A DNA stretch of 26,577 nucleotides from Prasinococcaceae sp. CCMP 1430 (Eukaryota > Plantae > Prasinodermophyta): NCBI GenBank assembly GCA_013416795.1, contig RQSC01000440.1, positions 13,244 to 39,820 on the forward strand, read 5' to 3'. Shown here piece by piece: positions 1 through 7,694 of this stretch. The position numbers were made by a program, and so were the translations under genes. The notes beneath the pieces are model-generated. The model was given only the letters and a program-made list of their open reading frames with translations. It had not been told where the DNA came from and made no database searches. Numbering within the stretch: position 1 is the first letter of the stretch; each line of letters opens with the position of its first letter.

Positions 1-99
<99 letters not shown>

Positions 100-110
100 A
101 CACACACACA
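1..110 (+). repeat. (CA)n microsatellite at the 3' end of an intron
   Basis: Near-pure CA repeat ending in CAG (109-111), followed directly by an open, codon-biased frame from 112. Confidence 0.9.
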
Positions 111-111
111 G

Positions 112-1047
112 ACGCGCGCCTTCGCGGGCGCGGCCTCCGACTGGGAGTCGTCGTCCGCCTCGGACTCCGCCTCCGACTCCGAGTGGGAGCCGGCGTTCGT
201 CGACTGGGAGCCGGAGCTCGCCCCCGGCTCCGAGGCCGAGCCGGGGGTGCCGGGCGCCGGGGGCGTCGGGGCCGTCGAGGCCGCGCCCGCAGGCGCCAAC
301 GGCGCGCCGACCGAGTCGGAGCGCCGCGTGCTCGAGATCGCCAAGCGGACGTTCCTGTGCTACCAGATCCCCGACTCGGTGAAGACGCTCAAGAGCGACA
401 TCACCAAGGAGGAGGTCGTTCTCGAGAGCGACGTGCGCGGCGCCATGAAGCTGGNNNNNNNNNNNNNNNNNNNNNNNNNNNNNNNNNNNNNNNNNNNNNN
501 NNNNNNNNNNNNNNNNNNNNNNNNNNNNNNNNNNNNNNNNNNNNNNNNNNNNNNNNNNNNNNNNNNNNNNNNNNNNNNNNNNNNNNNNNNNNNNNNNNNN
601 NNNNNNNNNNNNNNNNNNNNNNNNNNNNNNNNNNNNNNNNNNNNNNNNNNNNNNNNNNNNNNNNNNNNNNNNNNNNNNNNNNNNNNNNNNNNNNNNNNNN
701 NNNNNNNNNNNNNNNNNNNNNNNNNNNNNNNNNNNNNNNNNNNNNNNNNNNNNNNNNNNNNNNNNNNNNNNNNNNNNNNNNNNNNNNNNNNNNNNNNNNN
801 NNNNNNNNNNNNNNNNNNNNNNNNNNNNNNNNNNNNNNNNNNNNNNNNNNNNNNNNNNNNNNNNNNNNNNNNNNNNNNNNNNNNNNNNNNNNNNNNNNNN
901 NNNNNNNNNNNNNNNNNNNNNNNNNNNNNNNNNNNNNNNNNNNNNNNNNNNNNNNGCCTGTGTGGGCGCGTGCACGCGCCCACGCACGCACGCACGCGCT
1001 CGCGCAGCCTCGACGACGCCCGGCGAATTCGTAACATCGCTTCGTAA
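112..1047 (+). CDS. Hypothetical protein, partial (internal exon 112->454, gap, last exon 1008-1047)
   Basis: Frame-1 reading TRAFAGAASDWE...ERRVLEIAKRTFLCYQIPDSVKTLKSDITKEEVVLESDVRGAMKL with very high GC3. After the gap, acceptor cgcgcag at 1007 then LDDARRIRNIAS-stop. Family not recognised; 5' exon(s) lie outside the window. Confidence 0.6.
   Translation, partial: TRAFAGAASDWESSSASDSASDSEWEPAFVDWEPELAPGSEAEPGVPGAGGVGAVEAAPAGANGAPTESERRVLEIAKRTFLCYQIPDSVKTLKSDITKEEVVLESDVRGAMKLXXXXXXXXXXXXXXXXXXXXXXXXXXXXXXXXXXXXXXXXXXXXXXXXXXXXXXXXXXXXXXXXXXXXXXXXXXXXXXXXXXXXXXXXXXXXXXXXXXXXXXXXXXXXXXXXXXXXXXXXXXXXXXXXXXXXXXXXXXXXXXXXXXXXXXXXXXXXXXXXXXXXXXXXLCGRVHAPTHARTRSRSLDDARRIRNIAS
455..955. other. 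Assembly gap (N run)
   Basis: Run of N. Confidence 1.
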
Positions 1048-1231
1048 CGCTTCGAGCCGCCGCCGTGACAGGACGCGCGGGCGCGCGCGCGTGCGCGCGT
1101 GCGTGCGTGCATGCGTGCGCGCGTGCGTGCGTCCGCGTGTGTCCGCGTTGCGTGCACTCGCGACGGATGCGGCCACGTGCGTGCCCACACACTGTATCGC
1201 ACACGCCTGCGCGCAAGCACGCATGCCACCA

Positions 1232-1239
1232 CACACCAC

Positions 1240-1299
<60 letters not shown>

Positions 1300-1337
1300 G
1301 ACACACTTACACACACACTTACACACACACACACACA
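1232..1337. repeat. (CA)n/(TG)n microsatellite between convergent 3' ends
   Basis: Long CA tract with two interruptions (ttaca). Confidence 0.9.
1307..1323 (-). promoter_or_regulatory. Two TGTAA candidate polyadenylation signals for the nucleoplasmin-like gene
   Basis: ttaca at 1307-1311 and 1319-1323 (TGTAA on minus), 115-130 nt past the stop. TGTAA is the established chlorophyte poly(A) signal. Confidence 0.45.
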
Positions 1338-1438
1338 AGCGCGCGCGCGCGCCCGCGCCCGGCACTGCAGTCTGCAGCAAGCGTGGCATTCCTTACGCGC
1401 GCGCGCGGGCGCGCGTGCGAGAGAGAGGGCGGGAGCGC

Positions 1439-3031
1439 TCACTTGAGAGTCACGTTGTTGCCGTCGATGACGAAGAGCTCGGGGTACTTGGAGAGCGTGT
1501 CCTTGATCTTCTTGCTCACGCCCGCGGCCTTGGGCTTCTTCACCGCAGAGCCGAGCTTGCCCATCGGCGCGGAGCCGCCTGCCTTCTCGAGCGCCTGCTC
1601 AGGCGCGCGAGCGACGAGCGCAGGGGCGCAGGTGCGAGTGTCAGCTCGGGTGCCTCGCATGTGTGCGCGTGCGGTTGGGTGCGTCTGCGCGCTCGCGAGC
1701 GCGCCGACGCGGCGTACCTGGCGCAGCTGCTGCACGTACGCGCGCTCCGCGGCGGGCGTCTTGGGCGTGCCGATGTCCGCGTCGGCGGCAGCGGCGGCGC
1801 CCCGCGCCTTCTTGGCCGAAGCGGGCGTCGTCGGCGCGGCGGCCGTCGCGGCGCGCTTCTTCGACGCCGACCGCGGCGGCGGGGCGGGCTCCTCCTCCTC
1901 CTCCTCCTCCTCCTCCTCCTCGTCGTCCTCCTCCTCGTCGTCCTCGTCCTCAGAGTCGTCCTCCGAGTCAGACTCGGAGTCGGAGTCGTCCTCGCCGTCC
2001 TCCTCCTCCTCGATGCCCTCGCGCTCGAACTCGTCCATGTCAGGCCCGTCGTCGTCGTAGTCGTCGCCGCTATCGTCCGAGTCCACCGGCACCCTCAACC
2101 CGGCGAAGCCTTCGTCGTCGTCGTCAGAGTCGGAGTCGGAGTCGGAGTCGGAGTCTTCGTCGGAGTCGGAGTCGTCCGCCTCTCCCCTCGCCTTCTCGAG
2201 CGCCTTGGTGTGCTTGAGCAGCTTGAGCTGGAGTTTGGGAGGCAGGTCCTCGATGTCGAGCTCCTCGCCGTCGTCGTCGCCCTCGGAGTCATAGTCTGCG
2301 TAGTCGTCCAAGTCCGAGTCGTAGTCGTCGCTGCCGGCCTCGGCGTCGTAGTCGTCGTCGTCGCTATCGCTGTCGCTATCATCGTAATCGTCGCCCTCCG
2401 CCTCGTCGAGCGCCATGTCGTCGAGGCCGTCGCCAACGAGCGTCATGTAGCCGCTGAGGTAGACGGGGCCGTTGGTGACGTCCACATGGAAGTCGGCGTG
2501 GAAGAGCAGGTCCATCATCATTTGGTCGCAGCTGCCCCCGGTGAGCGTGCCCAGCACGACGGGCGGCTCGCCGTCCACAGTCACGGACACGCTCGCGCGC
2601 GAGCCCTTCTTGGCGCCGGGCGCCAGCGCCGCCTGCGTGATGTGCAGCACGCAGTTCTCGTCCACCTCCACGGGGAAGCGCTTGGCGCCAGCGGGCACCT
2701 CGGTGCCTGCAAAGGGGGAGGAGGGGGGGGTAAGGCGCGCGTGTGTGCGCGCAAGCATGCGATCGTGCGCGTTCGCACGCGGAAGGGCGCGGGTGTAGGT
2801 GCGCACGAGCGCGCGGATGTGCGAGCGCGCGTGTACGCGTGTGTGTGCGCGTGCGTGTGCAGCGCTCGGTGCCGTCAGCGGCGCGTCCGCGGGGAACAGG
2901 CGGCCGGCGCGCGCGCCGCGGCGCGATCGCGCGCCTCGCGCCACCACGCTCGCTCGCCCGCTCGAGGCCGCCGCCCGCACCGCGCCGCGCGCGCGCGCCT
3001 CGCGCGCGATCGCACCCCAGAAGGCCATCAT
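1439..3031 (-). CDS. Nucleoplasmin-like (NPL) domain acidic histone chaperone (HD2/FKBP53-type N-terminus); exons 3031-3016, 2706-1718, 1594-1439
   Basis: Spliced N-terminus MMAFWGTEV (FWG motif) and NPL core LHITQAAL...VVLGTL...DQMMMDLLF...GPVYLSGY, then a long Asp/Glu tract and a basic segment. Both introns have phase-consistent GT-AG ends (2707-3015, 1595-1717). Confidence 0.88.
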   Translation of the reverse strand: MMAFWGAIAREARARGAVRAAASSGRASVVARGARSRRGARAGRLFPADAPLTAPSAAHARAHTRVHARSHIRALVRTYTRALPRANAHDRMLARTHARLTPPSSPFAGTEVPAGAKRFPVEVDENCVLHITQAALAPGAKKGSRASVSVTVDGEPPVVLGTLTGGSCDQMMMDLLFHADFHVDVTNGPVYLSGYMTLVGDGLDDMALDEAEGDDYDDSDSDSDDDDYDAEAGSDDYDSDLDDYADYDSEGDDDGEELDIEDLPPKLQLKLLKHTKALEKARGEADDSDSDEDSDSDSDSDSDDDDEGFAGLRVPVDSDDSGDDYDDDGPDMDEFEREGIEEEEDGEDDSDSESDSEDDSEDEDDEEEDDEEEEEEEEEEEPAPPPRSASKKRAATAAAPTTPASAKKARGAAAAADADIGTPKTPAAERAYVQQLRQVRRVGALASAQTHPTARAHMRGTRADTRTCAPALVARAPEQALEKAGGSAPMGKLGSAVKKPKAAGVSKKIKDTLSKYPELFVIDGNNVTLK

Positions 3032-3449
3032 GGCTGCCGTCGATCGCAGGGGCGACACGCGTGCCCCGAACGTGCGCGCGTGTGGCCCGCCCGCACCCGC
3101 CTCCCCACACACCTCCCCCCACGCACGCACACGCACACACACACGCACACACGCGCACACACACGCACACACACGCACACACACGCGCACGCACGCACGC
3201 AGCAGCAGCAGCAGCAGCCGCCGCCGACACGCTCGAGCCGCCGCGCTCCGCAAACCGCCGAACGGTTACGAACCCCGGTTCACACCCTGGATAGACCCGG
3301 TAGATACCCGCGCCGCCGGCCCCACACCCGGTCATGCGCCTCGGCGAACCGAGCCCAACCGACGGCCGGCGCGGGGTCGCGCGCGCGTGGCCCCGCGGAG
3401 GAGGTTTAGGTTCGGAGCGGCGCGCCGCGACGCTCCCTTTCATTGTGAC

Positions 3450-4052
3450 GTACTGTACCGCACAGCACACCGTGCACCCCCGCGTGAGCCGCAATAAGGG
3501 TTTTATTTTAAGGGTTCGTATTATGGATGCCGGCATATGGGCCAGATGCCTTGGCCCGCCGCGCGTGTTCATCTCAACGGCTCGCACGGACGCTTGACCG
3601 CGCGTACGTCCTTTTGCATGCGTGCCTTGCGACATGGCACAGAATACAGCTCTATTCTTCGACTGTACAGTATTTCATATGTACGTACGTACGTACTGAA
3701 CTGTGGTCTTTTTTCCCGCCTTTTTCCCCTGCTTGTGTAGCTACTGTATACCTACGCTGCATGCACGGCGCAACGCGTTTTTTTGCAAGTGAATTTGATG
3801 AGACCCGACGCAATGACGAATGCACTGGCGAGGTCACTCCTCATGCGTGTACGAGGCAATGAGGAGTGACGTACTATGGCCGTGAGGAGGTTGGATTCTA
3901 CTCACTCTAAATAAACCCGGGTATTCCTATATAAACCCGGGTATTCCATACCGTAAAGACTCATTTTATGGCATCGCGTCTTGGTCCAGCCAATGTCCTT
4001 ATCGCTAAATGACCTGGTACGTACATAGAGTACCTGGTACCTGGTACGGTAC
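3450..4052. promoter_or_regulatory. AT-richer divergent intergenic region with 16 GTAC cores
   Basis: GTAC counted at 3450, 3455, 3604, 3665, 3681, 3685, 3689, 3693, 3849, 3871, 4017, 4021, 4030, 4037, 4044, 4049. Regulatory role is unproven. Confidence 0.35.
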
Positions 4053-4189
4053 ACACGAGCAGAAAAAAAGGCAAAAAAAAAAAAAAAGGCTCTCATCTCT
4101 CATCAATCGGGCTGGGAGGGCCGGCCCGCCCGCGCGTCGGCGCGCGCGGGCCGGAAAAAAGATCTGTGCGCGCGCGGCCATCAAAACGC

Positions 4190-5157
4190 ATGCGAATTTG
4201 TAATTGCGCGCGCGGGGCCGCACGCGGGGCGCCGGGCGGTGGTGGGCGGTGTGGCGTTGTGGGGGCAGCAGTGACGGTGGCGGCAGCCGTGAAGGCGGCG
4301 ACAGCGGCGGTGCGCTGCGCGAGGCGCGGGTCGTGGCCACAGCCCCGCACATTCCCGAGCTCCAAGCTAACCTGGCCAGGCGGGCGCCGGCCAAAGGTGT
4401 ACGTCACGCCGGCGACGCGCTCGCGGCTCGCCGGGGGGCCGCGCGCGCCCATGGGCTTCTGGGGCAAGTGCTCGGCGGTGTGGAAGATCTTCTTCCCGCC
4501 CGAGGAGAGCGCGGTGAGTCGTCGCGCCGGAAGGGCGTAGCTGCGCGCCGCCGCGCGCCGCGCGCCGCGAGAGGGGGACGGCGTAGACGGGACCGGGGGG
4601 ACCGGTGTGCGCGCGCAGCGCCACTGCGCAATGGCGCGGCCGCCCCAACACTCGGGCGAACGCGCACGTGCGCGTGCGCACAGACTGCCCCGCTGGCCGA
4701 CGCGAGCGCTGACTCCGCCACGCCAACTCGCTCGCACCCTCTGGCGTCGCAGCGCGCGGCGGCCAAGTCGCGCATGGACCGCGCGCTCTTTTCCGACCGC
4801 CACGCGCGCGTCGGCGAGAAGCTCGACGTCGAGGGGCTCGCGGAGAACGTCAAGGGCGTCGTCACCGAGTACGTCGACCTCGCTGACGCGCGGCCGCAGG
4901 AGATGCAGTTCGACACGGAGCTCGATAAGAAGCAGGGCCGCCTCAAGCACTACTTCCTGGTGGCGCGCGCGAAGCCCAAGTACCAGGCGATACTGGGTGG
5001 CACCACCGACGCCGACGAGCAGGCCGAGTGGGAGGCGCGCGCAGCTCAGGAGTCGCTGCGCGGCCTGGCCGCGCAGCCGCGTGGCTATACGACGGGCGTC
5101 GAGGGCGACGCTGCCTCCATCGCGCGCGAGCGCCGGCGCCGGGGGGAAGGCCTCTGA
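4190..5157 (+). CDS. minE: Plastid division topological specificity factor MinE, divergent; exon 1 (start uncertain)-4513, exon 2 4753-5157
   Basis: Spliced WKIFFPPEESA|RAAAKSRMDRALFSDR...NVKGVVTEYVDL...VARAKPKYQ resembles plant MinE1 (WKIFFP...AKQRLKMILFSDR...VRRVKPEYQ). Donor gtgagt 4514, branch-like gctgac 4708, acceptor cgcag 4752 (phase 0). Upstream stretch is D/E-free and transit-peptide-like. Confidence 0.8.
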
Positions 5158-5475
5158 GCTCCCGTTTGTGCGCGTCCGATAAGAGTACCTACCACCGCGT
5201 TCGATGCCTGGAGTGATCGAACGCACCTCTCGCGGACGACGACCCGGGCGAGAGCACGCACGAGCGCGCGCGCACTCGCGCCAATGCGACACTGCGCGCG
5301 TGGGCGAGCCAGCATGCGCGTGCATGCGCGCGAGCGCGGACTGCGCGCGCATGTGCGAGCGTGTCCGCCCGAGCGCTCAAGCGCGTACTTCTGTGCGCGC
5401 CGAGGTGCCGTGCCCGTCGCAGAGATGTCAAAACTTCTGACGCTACGTGTGCTTTCTGTGGCGGTGGGTGCGCGC

Positions 5476-6421
5476 CTACTTCGGCACGCACGTCGCCTTC
5501 TTTTTCTTCCACGCGCACACCTTCTTCTTGCCCTGCTTCGCCTTCTTGCATTCTTTTGCGTTCCGCTGACTCGCACAGAGTTTTGCGGTCTAACGGGCGC
5601 GCGTGTTGCGGGCGTGCGCGTCAGAGCGTGCGAGCGTGTGCCCAAGCCGGCTTCAAACCAAGCTGCCGGCGTTGCGAGCCCTCGCGCGCGCATAGGCGGT
5701 GACCATGCGTTCGTACCTTTTTGTTGGCCTTCTTGCCCTTCTTGGACTTCTTCTTGGACTTCTTCTTGGACTTCTTCTTTGCCTTGTTGTCGTTGTCGCG
5801 CATTGCGTCCTCGTCCATCAAGCAGATGGAGAACATGCTCTGCTCGCCGTCGCGTGACAGGGCGCACGAGTGCGAAAGTGCACGCGTGCGGCCGGATCAA
5901 GCAGGCGCGCGAGCGTGCGAGCATTCGTGTGCGCGCGTCAGGAGGATGCCCACGTCGCGGGGTGTGCTGCAGCATGCGCAGGCGCGCACGAGATCGACGC
6001 GCCCGCACGCGCTCGCACGTGCGCACCTCCCACGTGCAGCCAACAGGGGATGCTGCGCACTCCTCGCCGGTCTGGATGAGCGAGCATGGGTTGTTCTCTG
6101 CCTTCAAGGAGCCCATCTCGGCGCTGGTGATCGTGACGACGTCAGGGGTCGTGATCTGGCCCTGCGGGGGTGGGCGGCGCGAGCACGAGGGCGCCCGAGC
6201 GCGTGCGCGCGCACGAGCGTTGTGGGAGGCATGGCACAGCGGGCGAACGTGTGCGTCAGGGGTCGGAGGCATCAGGTGTATTTTTTGTGTCTGGCGACAA
6301 GCGCGCCAGTGTGCGAACCTAGTACACGTGCGCCCCCGCACGCACGCGCGCGCGCGCGCGCGCTAGGGAGGGGAAGGGGGACCAGCGCCACGGCGGCCGC
6401 GAGGGCCGCGGACGCGCGCAT
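5476..6421 (-). CDS. Small, probably secreted Cys-rich/Lys-rich protein; exons (6421-?), 6161-6027, 5839-5717, 5589-5476
   Basis: Three phase-0 exons with consensus-like splice sites (donors gtgcgc, gtacga; acceptors cgcag, gcag, ttag; branch ctgac) join into one frame with two 4-Cys modules. Likely start MRASAALAAAVAL at 6421; the exon-1 donor is unresolved. Confidence 0.65.
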
Positions 6422-6899
6422 GGCGCCCCACGCGTGCACCCTTGCGTCCGCGCCGGCACCCTGCGCGCGGCGTGCGCTGTGGCAACCCTCCCGCCTCGCC
6501 CTACCCACCCCTACCCCCCGCGCTACGGCGCGCGCTACGGCGCCCCGTCGCACCCCCGACTTCGGTTGGCCGGGGAACGCCGCGAGGAACGAAATCGCGA
6601 AATCGCTGCCGGGGAACGTACCCACGGGAGAGCATACATCACGTCAATATGAATGCGAGGACCGGCCCGCGCCGCAACGCGCCGCACCGGACGAGTTTCA
6701 CGCGTGCGCCGCGTTTTTTTTTCTTCTTTTTGGTACGACTGACCGGGAAAACGGTACCGCATGACCATCCGTCGAATTCTTATTGCGAGTTGCTATGATA
6801 TTCGGCGGCGGGCGCGCGCGAACCGCGACGCGAACGGGAACACCGCGCGCGCGCGCGGTGTCCGGCGGTGTTTAGGTTTTGATGTGGGTTTTGTGTTTG

Positions 6900-6907
6900 T
6901 AGGGTTT
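6900..6907 (-). promoter_or_regulatory. Telo-box-like AAACCCTA
   Basis: tagggttt in the divergent intergenic region between the small Cys-rich gene and DRC7. Confidence 0.3.
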
Positions 6908-7694
6908 GTAAGTGGATGCGTTTTGACCAGGCGCGCGCGCGGCCGCATTCGGCGCGCGCGGCACTGCGCGCGCGCGCAAAGTCCTCGGCCAGCAGGCTCG
7001 CTGTTCTGATCGCGCCGAAGTTAATCCAGCATCGCGGCCCCGCCCAGCCGCGGGGGACATGCATCCAGCGTGTGCGACCGCACCCTTCAACCCCCACCGG
7101 TGACGGGTCGGCAGGCGTGGCTTGCGCGAGAGCGGGGGGAGGGGGAAGGGGGGAGGGGGCGAGCGCGTCCGCGCAAGCCGCGCTGGGCACCGTTTTCCCG
7201 TGCGAGCTGCGGTCACTCCTGTTCGTGTGGTGCATGTGCCGTGTGCTGCGTCTGCGCTGCGCGCGGTCCACGCTCCGCGGCAACGGCCGCTTCCGGCACG
7301 GCTGGCGGCGGCTCGGCTGGCTGCGCCGCGGAGGGTGGTGGTACGACCGCAGGGGCGCCGCCCGGTCGCTCGGCTCCGTCGGCCGCGGTCGACCACTGCC
7401 TTTGCGTGGAGGCCGTGGCGCCCCGGTGCCGCATGCCGCATGCGGCGTGCGGTTCCAACGCGCAGGCTCCACCTGCGGCTGCTGCTGCTGCTGCTGCGCG
7501 CGCGCTGTTGCTCGAGGCTGCGCGACGAGCGCGGGTGCGCGGTGTCACTTGCGTAAACGTCCGCGCAGAGCAATGCGCCCGCCGCATTTTCAGCGTCGCG
7601 AGCGCGTGCGCAATCGAGCCGGCTGTCTGACATCCCACCCCCACCCCTCCACCGCTCCACCGCTCCACCCCTGTGCGTCGCGCACCCATCGCAG

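Noticed and set aside
183-1442. ORFs reading through N-gaps (also 12694-13788 and 19196-20296)
   Set aside because: Artefacts of N translation and CA/TG repeats.
3270-3300. tRNA T-arm-like ccggttcacaccctgg (also gttcga at 5199 and 14294)
   Set aside because: Stems are mismatched and no acceptor, D or anticodon arms can be built.
3016-4465. Similar peptide starts MAFWG (NPL) and MGFWG (MinE) on either side of one intergenic region
   Set aside because: Each motif fits its own family; the match is too short to imply duplication.
1595-6026. Introner-like (mobile) introns
   Set aside because: The introns of NPL, MinE and the small Cys-rich gene share only microsatellite-type composition, not alignable sequence, by eye.
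6840-6861. Perfect 22-bp palindrome acaccgcgcgcgcgcgcggtgt
   Set aside because: Mostly a self-complementary (CG)n core, expected in this genome; no Helitron-type CTRR end follows.
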